Position numbers and translations under genes: made by a program. Shown here piece after piece: positions 27,680 through 39,818 of a stretch of 64,000 bases of DNA. A model generated the notes under the pieces. The model had not been told where the DNA came from, made no database searches, and saw only the letters and a program-made list of their open reading frames with translations. Within the stretch, counting starts at the first letter, position 1; each line of letters begins with the position of its first letter. Source of the DNA: Dendrobates tinctorius. Taxonomy: Eukaryota. The stretch spans positions 42,966,001-43,030,000 of the forward strand of contig NW_027361788.1 of assembly GCF_039654945.1 (NCBI RefSeq), given 5' to 3'.

Positions 27680-30452
27680 TCTATCCTGTGTTATACTGTC
27701 TGCTGAGCTGTGTATCTAATCCTATCCTGTGTGATACTGTCTGCTGAGCCGTGTATCTAATCCTATCCTGTGTGATACTGTCTGCTGAGCAACTAATCCT
27801 ATCCTGTGTGATACTGTCTGCTGAGCTGTCTATCTAATCCTGCCTGTGTGATACTGTCTGCTGAGCTGTGTATCTAATCCTATTCTGTGTGATACTGTCT
27901 GCTGAGCCATGTATCTAATCCTATCCTGTGTGATACTGTCTGCTGAGCAACTAATCCTATCCTGTGTGATACTGTCTGCTGAACTGTGTATCTAATCCTA
28001 TCCTGTGTGATACTGTCTGCTGAGCAACTAATCCTATCCTGTGTGATACTGTCTGCTGAACTGTGTATCTAGTCCTATCCTGTGTAGTGTTGAGCGATAC
28101 CTTCCGATATATCGGGAAATATCAGAACGGATTGGATTGGACCGATACCCAAAAAGTATCGGATATCGCCGATTCCGATACCGGAAACCAATGCAAGTCA
28201 ATGGGACAGAAATATCGGAATTAAAATAAACCCTTTCTTTCCTTGTAGGTTAATTCTACATGAAGGAAAACAACTAAGAATAATGTAGAATGCATTGGGG
28301 GAGGTGGAGGAGACATTAAAGGCATAGAGGTTTAGCCCAATCAAATGGAATAGCAGGAATTAATTTTTTTTTAAGACGTTCGGAGTTACAAAGATATTGA
28401 CTATGTTAAAGGGGTTGTGTAGCAATAGAGGGAGACGTTCAGAAAAGGCACATGTTGGCGGAGTGTTGGAATGGAGTACTTCATCTTGCTTGGAGGTTGA
28501 CTGAGCCCCTGACCCGGAGGACACGGCACGGATGCGGGCACCTGTATACACAACAGACTGTGAGTAAAGCTTTGGAACTACATGCCCTGGTGTCCTCCAG
28601 TTATTCCTGCGCCAACCCACTCAGCACTGCTACATCTCTGTGCCTGGCACTGCACAATCTACATTACGTCTCCTCACTACCTCTCCATCCACACTGCCCT
28701 GGGACTACAGCCCTACCTGTGGAGGGCCACAACATCATTGCTGCACCACACCATCTGTCCCAGAGGATCTGTCTGCAGCGTCGGCTTAACATCTTCATTG
28801 CCGAACACCACAGGTGGCGTCACGAATCATTCACTCATAAACTTTAATCATCATTCACACGTTCAACATTTCCCTTTTACAATGGACACCCAGGGCCACA
28901 GACCGGGTCACAGCTACCGTGACAACTCCCATTGAAACCAACGGGCCCGGTACCGAGTACCCCACCAGCCCTGGCGGGCGATCCAACTTGGCGGAAATAC
29001 ATAACAGAACAGGATGTTCGGGCTTTTCACATAATCTCAGTGCATAGCTAGGCTGCAGAATGCTGACAATAAGTAATTTTCCTTCTGTGGCCAGTCTGCA
29101 CGGTTTCCAAGATATCATCTCTTGCTTCTAAGATAAACGTCCAGGGGGGGTGTTCTGGCATTGAAATGAGAACTGGTCGTTTCCTCCTCCCTCACTAGTT
29201 TTACTTTCCATAGATCACTGTTCAGCGTGTGTCTGGGGGAGGAGCAGCTGGGTGGTCTGCTCGCAGCCAATCACAGCCATGCCATTAGTTAACATGCCTA
29301 CATGCCTAACAGGATGTGCCCAAACTTCTTAGGATTCCTCATTGGCTGAATCAAATCAAACTGGCTCAGAGCATTATGGGAACTTCCGATTCCGGTATTC
29401 GATATGCAAAAAGTATCGGAACTCAGTATCGGAATTCCGATACCGCGAATATCGGCCGATACCCGATATTTGCAGTATTGGAATGCTCAACACTAATCCT
29501 GTGTGATACTGTCTCCTGAGCTGTGTACCTAATCCTATCCTGTGTGATACTGTCTGCTGAGCCGTGTATCTAATCCTAACTTGTGTGATACTGTCTGCTG
29601 AGCCATGTATCTAATCCTCTCCTGTGTGATACTGACTGCTGAGCTGTGTATCTAATCCTATCCTGTGTGATACAGTGTGCTGAGCTGTGTACCTAATTCT
29701 TTCCTGTGGAATACTGTCTGCTGAGCTCTATATCTAATCTTGTAATGTGTGATAGTTTGTTGAGCCATGTATCTAATCCTTTCCTGAGTGATATTGTCTG
29801 CTGTGTTATGTATCTAATCCTATCCTGTGTGATACTGCCTTCTGAGCTGTGTATCTAATACTATCCTGTGTGATAGTCTGCTGAGCTGTGTATCTAATCC
29901 TATCCTGTGTGATACCGTCTGCTCAGCCGTGTATCTAAATCCTATCCTGTGGGGTACTGTCTACTGAGCTCTGTATGTAATCCTCTCCTGTGTGATACTG
30001 TCGGCTGAGCTGTGTACCTAATCCTATCCTGTATGATACTGTCTGCTGAACTGTGTATCTAATCCTATCCTGTGTGATACTGTGTGCTGAGCTGTGTACC
30101 TAATCCTGTCCTGTGCGATACTGTCTGCTGAGCTGTGTATCTAATCCAATCCTGTGTGATACTGTGTGCTGAGCTGTGTATCTAATTCTATCCTGTGTGA
30201 TACTGTCTGCTGAGCCGTGTATCTAATCCTATCCTGTGTGATACTGTCTGCTGAGCGGTGTATCTAATACTATTCTGTGTGATACTGACTGCTGAGCCGT
30301 GTATCTAATCCTATCCTGTGTGATACTGACTGCTGAGCTGTGTATCTAATCCTATCCTGTGTGATACTGTCTGCTGAGCTGTGTACCTAACCCTGTCCTG
30401 TGGGATACTGTCTGCTGAGCTGTGTATCTAATCCTGTCCTGTGTGATACTGT
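27680..30452. repeat. 41-bp minisatellite (CTGTGTATCTAATCCTATCCTGTGTGATACTGTCTGCTGAG)n, split by a hAT element
   Basis: Tandem copies at ~27,680-28,084 and 29,496-30,452. Confidence 0.95.
28085..29495. mobile_element. Non-autonomous hAT-type DNA transposon (~1.4 kb)
   Basis: TIRs TAGTGTTGAGC / GCTCAACACTA, 8-bp TSD ATCCTGTG (28,077-28,084 and 29,496-29,503), CCGATA/TATCGG subterminal repeats at both ends. No intact transposase. Confidence 0.85.
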
Positions 30453-31456
30453 CATCCCCTGAGGAAGAAGTACTGCTGTGTAGTATCCGAGCATTCTCTG
30501 TAGGCCTTGGCCTGTATCAGACATGTTTACCTGTTCCTGCACTGCAATCTCCAGCAACTGCTAATGTGGAAGACACGCCCGGAGACCAGATCACTCCAAC
30601 CAATCTGCAGCTGTCTTTTATCCATACAGCACAGGGTGGAGATGAAAGCAGGCACATGATAGGTTGTCCTGAATTTACCTCAGCAATCACCTCATGAGGT
30701 ATTTCTGCCCAGGTCAGAGGCGCAGTCCTCACAGAGTGAGCAGTGCAGGGCAGGTTACTCCGTGTCATCCATAGTCCGGCCTTTCTGTACAGGCCAGGGT
30801 AGCATTACTGCCACCACAGACATCTAAACCCAAAGTCATGGCTTTTGGTTAAAAATTGGGAGCTGAAAAATAAATAACAAAACACATTATTTTCTGGGAT
30901 CTGTAAATCTTCTTCATAGGCGGATGGCGCTGGTGAGGGCCTGTTTTATGCGGGGGGGGGGGGGAGCGGCCATTTTTTTTGGTGCCTTTTGATCATCTTT
31001 TATTGCATTTCCTTTTTTTTAGGGGGTAAAGAGGAGGAGGTGCAATGACCCAAAAGAACTATTCTGGAGCTCAAGTTTCTCTTTTTGGTATTTTATGTAC
31101 AAATTAAATAATTTTACACTTTAATAACTCAGGAATTTAATGGACAAGACCAAATAGGTTTACTTTTAGGCTGGAGTCACACTTAACGGATAAAAATACG
31201 CTCCGTATTTTTCGGCCGTAATACGGAGAAATGGTCCCTAAATAGTGCTCCGTATGTCATCCGTTTTCAAGGTGTGGTCGTGTATTTTGCACATGTAATC
31301 CGTATGGCAACCGTATGCCGAGAATTTCTCGCCGCCTTGCAAAATGGACATATAATGGAGCCCTATGACAGGTTTACAAACAAACGAAAGAATAGATATA
31401 GACACATAGAATGCATCTATATATATATACACACATCATAGAGACACACATATATA

Positions 31457-32677
31457 CACTCACTGGCCACTTTATTAGGTACACCTGTCCAACTGTGTGT
31501 TAAGGCTTAATTTCTAATCAGCCAATCACATGGCGGCAACTCAGTGCATTTAGGCATGTAGACATGGTCAAGACAATCTCCTGCAGTTCAAACCGAGCAT
31601 CAGTATGGGGAAGAAAGGTGATTTGAGTGCCTTTGAACGTGGCATGATTGTTGGTGCCAGAAGGGCTGGTCTGAGTATTTCAGAAACTGCTGATCTACTG
31701 GGATTTTCACGCACAACCATCTCTAGGGTTTACAGAGAATGGTCCGAAAAAGAAAAAAAAAACAGTGAGCGGCAGTTCTGTGGCCGGAAATGCCTTGTTG
31801 ATGCCAGAGGTCAGAGGAGAATGGGCAGACTGGTTCGAGCTGATAGAAAGGCAACAGTGACTCAAATTGCCACCCGTTACAACCAAGGTAGGCAGAAGAG
31901 CATCTCTGAACGCACAGTGCGTCGAACTTTGAGGCAGATGGGCTACAGCAGCAGAAGACCACACTGGGTACCACTCCTCTCAGCTAAGAACAGGAAACTG
32001 AGGCTACAATTTGCACAAGCTCATCGAAATTGGACAGTAGAAGATTGGAAAAACGTTGCCTGGTCTGATGAGTCTCGATTTCTGCTGCGACATTCGGATG
32101 GTAGGGTCAGAATTTGGCGTAAACAACATGAAAGCATGGATCCATCCTGCCTTGTATCAACGGTTCAGGCTGGTGGTGGTGGTGTCATGGTGTGGGGAAT
32201 TTTTTCTTGGCACTCTTTGGGCCCCTTGGTACCAATTGAGCATCGTTGCAACGCCACAGCCTACCTGAGTATTGTTGCTGACCATGTCCATCCCTTTATG
32301 ACCACAATGTACCCAACATCTGATGGCTACTTTCAGCAGGATAATGCGCCATGTCATAAAGCTCGAATCATCTCAGATTGGTTTCTTGAACATGACAATG
32401 AGTTCACTGTACTCAAATGGCCTCCTCAGTCACCAGATCTCAATCCAATAGAGCATCTTTGGGATGTGGTGGAACGGGAGATTCGCATCAGGGATGTGCA
32501 GCCGACAAATCTGCGCCAACTGTGTGATGCCATCATGTCAATATGGTCCAAAATTTCTGAGGAATGCTTCCAGCACCTTGTTGAATCTCTGCCACGAAGA
32601 ATTGAGGCAGTTCTGAAGGCAAAAGGGGGTCCAACCCGTTACTAGCATGGTGTACCTAATAAAGTGGCCAGTGAGTG
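31457..32677 (+). mobile_element. Complete Tc1/mariner element, DD36E (Incomer-type), 1,221 bp
   Basis: Perfect 29-bp TIRs CACTCACTGGCCACTTTATTAGGTACACC, TA on both flanks, single intact transposase ORF. Confidence 0.96.
31605..32645 (+). CDS. Tc1-family transposase, 346 aa, DD36E catalytic triad
   Basis: N-terminal HTH ([19 protein letters not shown]), GRK linker, and WSDES / QQDNAPCH / [11 protein letters not shown] motifs. There are 36 residues between the second D and the E. Confidence 0.96.
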   Translation: MGKKGDLSAFERGMIVGARRAGLSISETADLLGFSRTTISRVYREWSEKEKKNSERQFCGRKCLVDARGQRRMGRLVRADRKATVTQIATRYNQGRQKSISERTVRRTLRQMGYSSRRPHWVPLLSAKNRKLRLQFAQAHRNWTVEDWKNVAWSDESRFLLRHSDGRVRIWRKQHESMDPSCLVSTVQAGGGGVMVWGIFSWHSLGPLVPIEHRCNATAYLSIVADHVHPFMTTMYPTSDGYFQQDNAPCHKARIISDWFLEHDNEFTVLKWPPQSPDLNPIEHLWDVVEREIRIRDVQPTNLRQLCDAIMSIWSKISEECFQHLVESLPRRIEAVLKAKGGPTRY

Positions 32678-32687
32678 TATATATATA

Positions 32688-33968
32688 TATAGTAGGGATT
32701 CAACTCGCTCAGGAGTAACGGGAGTCAATCATGAGGCACGTTCCTTTAAAAGTTCAGAGGGTTTATTGCTCCATAACCCATAAAGCAGCACATAACACAA
32801 TGAATAGCCTTTAGCTCAGGCAAAAGCAAGCATAAGTGTCCATGATTTCAGGCTCAGTCCTGGAGCCTCAGCAAACACAGGAGGCTTATCCGTACTCACA
32901 TACAGCCAATATCCACAGGCCTCACCGGGACCTTCCACATGGCTCAATCAGATCCATGCGCTCTCTCTCATGTGATCTACTCTGGTTACCTTATATGGTC
33001 CGTAGCCACGCCCAGCGGGTCACATGGCTATGACCTCGTCACAGGTCCTTCTAGCATTCACACACATATACTTTATTATGACACTCATAAACACACCCCT
33101 TGGGTGGGTTTGTAGGTAACTGGTCCGCCCATCTCCCTAGTTACCTGGAGACTTCTCCCTGACACATTAAAGCAGCACCTCAGCAGTATCACTGCTGATC
33201 AACACATAAGGCTGGAGTCACACTAACCTGCGCAAAATACGGTCAGTATTTTACATGCGTAATACGGATGACAGACCCCTAAATAGTGCTCCGTATGTCA
33301 TCCGTAATCAAGGTGTGGTCGCGTATTTTGCGCATGTCAGCATCCGTATGTAATCCGTATGGCATCCGTATGGCGAGATTTTCTCGCAGGCTTGCAAAAT
33401 GGACATATAATGGAGCCCTATGACAGTTTTAATAAAGAAATGAAAGAATAGATATAGACACATAGAATGTATGTATATATATATATATGTATTCTATGTG
33501 TCTATATCTATTCTTTCGTTTCTTTATTAAACCTGTCAGTGTGAGTTTACTGTATCGTGCACTGAATTGCCGGCTTTGCTAAAAGACACCGGGTGCGTAT
33601 TTCTCGCAAGTCACACGTGTGGTCCGTGTGCAATCCGTATTTTTTGCGCACCCATAGACTTGCATTGGCGTATTACGGGCGTAGTACGCTGACAATCACA
33701 GCATGCTGCGAGTGGCACGGAGCGGAGGATACGGAGGAGAAATATACGGCTGGTGCGAGTGACCCCATAGAGAATCATTGGTCCGTGTCTAATGCGTGCT
33801 TTTTGCGCCTCTCACGCACCCGTATTCCTCGCCAGTGTGACTCCGGCCTAAGTCTCCATCTCAATGCACCCACTATGAGATACATAACGGCCATTCAGTA
33901 TTCTGCCACTCATCCTCTCTCCTGGGACATCCACACAGCGCCCCCTATCGGACACAGTGGTTACTACA
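32688..33968. mobile_element. Probable solo LTR, interrupted by a MITE
   Basis: Ends T(A)TAGTA...TTACTACA form a TG..CA-like inverted terminus, with minus-strand AATAAA near the left end. It interrupts the symmetry of the host palindrome. No clean TSD is visible. Confidence 0.5.
33210..33848. mobile_element. Harbinger-type MITE, short relative of the host element 31,169-35,802
   Basis: TAA|GGCTGGAGTCACACT...AGTGTGACTCCGGCC|TAA. Both ends match the ends of the host element. Confidence 0.88.
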
Positions 33969-35909
33969 CCACAATATATTTTTATTTCATATAGTTCTAC
34001 AAAGCAGAATAGCCGCTGAAACATTTGCCGGCTTCATTAAAATCCTTCCAAAACCCGACCTGAAATGACACATGGTTTACATACAGTAAACCATTTCATT
34101 TCATGTTTTTTTTTTTATGTCTTTCAATAGTAATTAGATGAGGGTTTGTGTGTAAAATTTAGGTGTAGGTGTTAATTTAAGGGGTTAATTTGCTGTAAAA
34201 AATTGCATGGGCTCCCGCAGTAATTTGTCAACCAGAGAGGTAAAGCAGGTGAGTGAGGGTAGATTTTAATAGCCTTGAGAGGGACCATTGTTTTTGCCCC
34301 CCCCCCCTCCAGCTACAAAAAACTGCCCCCAGACACCCCAGAAAGGCGCATCTATAAGATGTGGCTTTTCTGGCACTTATCCTCTCTATTCCCATTGCCC
34401 TGTAGTAGTGGTAATGGGTTAATAACAAAAGTTTAATGTCACCGTGCGACTGGAAGGTGACATTAAGCCAATTAATAATGGAGAGGTGTCAATAAGACAC
34501 CTCTCCATTATTAACCCTAGACTATGAAATGGTTAAAAACACAGACATTAATTAAAAAGTCTTTTAATGAAATAAAGACACCAAGTTTGACCAATTTTTA
34601 TTACTCTGCGATTACAAAACTAAACCATGATCTGCAAAAACAAAAAAGCAACAATATACTTACCTCTCCGCCGTTCAGTCATGTCCCACGCTGTAATCCT
34701 TCACAAGGGGTTAAATAGTATACAATGAGGACCGGTGCTAATGTGACCAGCCCCACTGTAAACTACTTCAGAATGAATTAGTTCAGCTCTGCGCAGCCTC
34801 TCTGGCTGCCCAGAGATGAACTAATAAGCGTGGGAAAGTTTCTGACTTTTTTCCCACGCTCATCAGTTCACCTAAGGTCAGCCGAGGACTCCCACTGACG
34901 TCACTGAGACTTTTTAATTGTCTGTGTTTTTTAATCATTTCATAGTCTAGGGTTAAGAGTGGATAGGTATCTTATTGACACCTCTCCATTATTAATCGGC
35001 TTAATGTCACCTTCCAATCGCAGGGTGACATTAACCCTGTTATTAACCCATTCCCCACCGCTACAGGGCAATGGGAATAGAGAGGATAAGTGCCAGAAAA
35101 GGCGCATCTTATGGTCCCTCTCAAGGCTATTAAAATCTGCCCTCACTCACCTGCTTTATCTCTCTGGATGACAAATTACCGCGGGAGCCCACGCATATTT
35201 TTTTTTTTTTACAAATTAACCCCTTAAATTAACACCTACCCCTCCTAAATTTTACACACATACCCTCATCTAATTACTAGTGAAAGACATATAAAAAAAA
35301 CATGTAATGAAATGATTTACTGTATGTAAACCATGTGTCATTTCATGTTGGGTTTTGGAATTATTTTAATGAAGTCGGCAAATGTTTCAGCGGCTATTCT
35401 GCTGTGAAGAGCTGTATGAATTATAAATATATGTGTCTCAATGACATGTGTGTATATATGTATTCTATGTGTCTATAACTATTCTTTCATTTCTTTATTA
35501 AACCTATCAGTGTGATTTTACTGAATTGCAAAATGAATTGCCGGCTTTTGTTAAAGGACACCGTCTGCGTATTTATCGCAAGTCACACGTCTGGTACGTG
35601 TGTAATCCGTATTTTTCTCCCCCCATAGACTTGCATTGGCGTATTACAGGCGTAGCATGCTGCGATTGTCTCGGCCCATAAAATACGGCCGAGAAATATA
35701 CGGCTGTTGGGAGCTGGCCCATAAAGAAACATTGGTCCGAGTGCAATGCGTGGTTTTTACGCCTCTCACTTGTCCGTATTTCTCTCTAGTGTGCCGCCGG
35801 CCTTATTTCTGAACTGGGAAGAGGGTACTTTTAACATTTGTTTTCATCTATGGGAACATTTGTGATTTTATTATTTTTGCTTTATTTTTTAGCCTTAGAA
35901 ATTGATCAT

Positions 35910-36296
35910 ACAAAAGAAAAAGCCAGCTCACGCCTCTGGTGCTCCAGGAGCTCAAGAACGGAAACCTGCAATGCAGCAGGAAATGAGTCCAAAATGAATA
36001 GAAGAAATCCAGCTTCTTGTTCCTGAAGAAATTTCCTTTATTGGACAAAGTTATTTAAAAACTAACTTCACATAACAGCATTATGTCACCACCATGTTAT
36101 GGGACATAACAGACGCGTTTTGAGCTTAGCAGCTCTTAATCATTGCTCTTAAGACCTGCTAAGCTCAAGACGCGTCTATCACCACCATGTTATAGGACAG
36201 AACAATGCTGTTATTATGTGAAGTTAGTTTTTAAATAACTTTGTCCAATAAAGGAAATTTCTTCAGGAACAAGAAGCTGGATTTCTTCTATTCATT
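35910..36296. mobile_element. Penelope-like retroelement remnant with inverted repeat
   Basis: Near-perfect inverted arms (~35,991-36,298), a 15-bp direct flank TTAGAAATTGATCAT (35,895-35,909 and 36,297-36,311), and a hammerhead-like core on the minus strand at 36,112-36,144. Confidence 0.65.
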
Positions 36297-37688
36297 TTAG
36301 AAATTGATCATCTATATAAAGGACCAAAATGGCACCGACGGGGCCTTTAGCAGCTCCCTGGCACCCGTCTATGAGAACTTCACAACTGTGCGTTGGGGTA
36401 GCGAATAGGAGTCGGTGTACGCGCTCAGGAGCAATCTAGCTACTTAAATGCTGCTGCCACAGACTGACAGCAGCATCTAAATGGTTAAACAGCAGGGAGC
36501 GAAGCAAGCTCTGGTTGCTGCTGACACAGGCAAATGCAGCTGTATGAGCCCGCTCCGCACACATGCACCCAACTGTGATGTACAGTTACGTCAAGGCAGG
36601 GTTATGTCAGAATAGGAAGCTGTGTGCTCAGATAAAATCTGTGTATGAAGACCTCCGTGCCGCCATGACACCATCATCTTGGCAGCAGTGCAAGTTTTGT
36701 TTCTTGTGGAAATCATTCTGGAGTAGTTCTGCAGCACATTGCTCCATTTATTCAGCTACAGATCTCTTAGATTTTTCAGAATTGCGATCCTAAAAACTTT
36801 GAGAGACGCCATTATAAACATAAACCATCACGAGATATCAGGGTTTAACATTTATTTCATCTTTTAGAATAAGGAAAATATTCTGGAATTATAAAACAGC
36901 AGTTAATTAGGAAAAATCTGTAAATCTAGTAAACCCTCCACCCCTAATTTTTTTTTTTTTAATATGAAAACCCTGAATTGTTAGTACTACCTTTTCTGGA
37001 GCAGCCGCACACTCCGGTTCCCAGGTGCTGGCGGTTGCACCGGGTATTGATGCGCGAGTTTCTCGCATCACACTTACAAGTGTGACCCCGGCCTAATATT
37101 ACACCTCCCTACAAAAGGTGAGAATGCAGTTTTTAAAAAGGAGGTTCAACATGGAGCTGAGCTGCACAGGAAAGGCCTCAGAGGATACACTTGCATTGCA
37201 CGTTTTATAGTAAGGATAAGCTCCATCCTTAGGAACGGATAATACCATTTAACGGATGATACTGGCAGGCTGTGTGTTAAGAACAAGATCCGACATCGGG
37301 AGTTGACGTTACTTGTACAGTTCTGAAACATGTTGGTCATGACCAGCGTATGATAATCCACCAGTCTCATCGCCATGTTTTACTAGTAACGGGGCAGCAC
37401 TAGTTCTTGTATTCTCTGGTAACATTAAGGCGTATGATCATCACAGTGTGGGGTCAACATCTGCCCATCCTAGTCCCCCAGGAATCTGCTTCAATAAAAT
37501 AAAGTGCTAAAAGTGACCAACCCCCTTCAAAAACAGTTAGCAGTTTCCTTCTGCCCAAGGCATGGGCAACATGAAATCTAGTAGGCTCCTTTTCAGAAAG
37601 TCATGTATTACTCTGGAGAGAGAAGCCTAGGCATGGGGAGGTGTCCTGAGCAGCTCCCTTCTGGCTTCTCCCCGCCTGACTCAGTATA

Positions 37689-38150
37689 AGGAGAACCTGT
37701 CAGCAGGATTTAGGCCTATAAATTAAAGGCATGGCTATAATAGCACTGTGATTCTGTAATATGAAACCTGATGTGAAGGGATCAGTCTTATGACGTTTTC
37801 AGAAAATGACATCCTGTGTGCGTCGACGTGGGGGGTAGGGTCTTCTGATTATTCAGTGACCTGCTTCCTTTTTAAAATTCCGTGCCGCTGCTATCATAGT
37901 GTGGGCGGTGCATGCACAGCGGGAGCCCGCGTTCCACAATAAAATGGCGCCAGAGGCAGCACATACACAGTTCAAGATTTCGGGTCAATTCAAAGCACAC
38001 AAGACGTCATTTTTTGAAAACTTCATAAAGCGAGTATCCATCAGCCACTAAGTGGATCCCTTCACATCAGGTATCAGATTAATCAGCACCACAGTGCCAT
38101 TATACCCATGACTTTAGCTTATAAGGCTCAACCCTGCTGACAGGTTCTCT
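37689..38150. mobile_element. Kolobok/T2-type MITE
   Basis: TIRs AGGAGAACCTGTCAGCAGG / CCTGCTGACAGGTTCTCT followed by TTAA; the arms are an extended imperfect inverted repeat. Confidence 0.75.
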
Positions 38151-38974
38151 TTAACAGGTTTCTCAGTATAGAGACGTTGGGGCAGCTGCTTGAAGCCACT
38201 TTTCCTCGTGCCTGGTCTCTTTCAGCAGAGAGTGAGCTTGTCTGGGACAGCATGGAACGACTGCCAGGTTCCATTCATATTCTATTTTACGGCTGATTCA
38301 CAGGTTGCAGTTCTGCAATATCTGGATCCTGGTAAAGATAAGAAGGGGGAATGTAAATATTCTCAACAGACCATTATATTTGGAAATGCCTGAACATGGG
38401 GCTAGAATAAATTAAAGCAGCTGCACGAATTGTGTATTTTCCTTTTGGCATGGCCTCCAGTATTGATAACAGCCCTGAAAATGTCATAAAGGGTTAGTGC
38501 TGGTTCGCTCACTTCTGCATCCAGAGGTCAGAGGAGCCTGCACCATCGCATCTGCTGTGCACCTGTATGGGACGTATGGTCGTCCCTGCAGGTATGGGAA
38601 GACGAGATGTCATCGACCCTACTCATCTCTCCATGTAGAATTGCGAGGAAGAGCATCAGCAGCATTAACCCTGTAAAGGTCACCCCCTTTTCAAAGCTGT
38701 GATTGGTCATCGAGGACTAACTTTAAATAGATGTTCAATAAAACCACAGATTTCAGCAAGATCGGCCAACCATTTAACATGTACATAGGTGTACTGCCAG
38801 CAGCTGGAGGAAAAGGGTCGGACATGTTGGATTTCATCAGGTCTGATCCTTTGTTCTCAGGGTAGATGATAAGAGTCTGGCTGATGACTCCCTATAGTGT
38901 ATGGTATATAAGCAGCAGATTCACAGCGATCAGCAGCGACATCCAGGCACCAAGTGTCTGATAATTCTCCTGAA

Positions 38975-39625
38975 GCCAGGGGCCACAGTCCAGTGGCCCA
39001 GATAAGGAGCCCTCAGCATCACAGGGGCCCAGATAGGCGCACTCATCTTCAAAAGAGCCACAGTCCATGTGGGAGAGATAGGAGCCCTCATCTTCACAGG
39101 GGCCACAGTCCATGGTGCCCAGATAGAAGCCCTCAGCATCATAGGGGCCACAGTCCAGGGGGCTCGGATAGAAGCCCTCAGCATCATAGGGGCCACAGTC
39201 CAGGGGGCTCGGATAGAAGCCCTCAGCATCATAGGGGCCACAGTCCAGTGGCCCATATAAGGAGCCCTCAGCATCACAGGAGTCTAGATAGGCGCACTCA
39301 TCTTCAAAGGGGCCACAGTCCATGGTGCCCAGATAGAAGCCCTCAGCATCATAGGGGCCACAGTCCAGGGGGCTCGGATAGAAGCCCTCAGCATCATAGG
39401 GGCCACAGTCCAGGGGGCTCGGATAGAAGCCCTCAGCATCATAGGGGCCACAGTCCAGTGGCCCATATAAGGAGCCCTCAGCATCACAGGAGTCTAGATA
39501 GGCGCACTCATCTTCAAAGGGGCCACAGTCCATGGTGCCCAGATAGAAGCCCTCAGCATCATAGGGGCCACAGTCCATGGTGCCCAGATAGGAGCCCTCA
39601 GCATTACAGGGGCCACAGTCCCGAT
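38975..39625. repeat. 45-bp minisatellite with 210-bp higher-order unit, downstream of SFT2D3
   Basis: Unit GGATAGAAGCCCTCAGCATCATAGGGGCCACAGTCCAGGGGGCTC. Identical blocks start at 39,121, 39,331 and 39,541 (210 = 4x45 + 30). Confidence 0.95.
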
Positions 39626-39818
39626 CACTCAGACTAACAGGGGCCCATGCTCTGCTACAGTAGAGATTGCCATCCGGTGTCTCAACAGTTATTCCAATAC
39701 CACAACTCCCAGCAAGCCTTGGGTGTCCCTGGCCTTCAGCGTCACATCGGCCGTGGTCTGCGCTCCTCAGTGGGGGCCACACTCGAGCCCTCATCTTCTG
39801 AGGGGCCCTGTATAGACA

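Larger units (their letters stand above)
31169..35802. mobile_element. Large palindromic Harbinger-type non-autonomous element hosting nested insertions
   Basis: TTA|GGCTGGAGTCACACT ... AGTGTGCCGCCGGCC|TTA. Long inverted arms at ~33,975-34,560 versus ~34,910-35,430. Confidence 0.8.

Noticed and set aside
28360-29118. ORFs inside the hAT element as a transposase
   Set aside because: Short, in mixed frames and strands, with at best a faint similarity to hAT motifs; not supportable as a CDS.
31707-32357. Short alternative-frame and antisense ORFs within the Tc1 element
   Set aside because: Shadows of the transposase ORF.
38954-39637. + strand 227-aa His/Arg-rich repeat ORF
   Set aside because: Antisense reading of the 45-bp repeat with a non-ATG start and no promoter or splice support.
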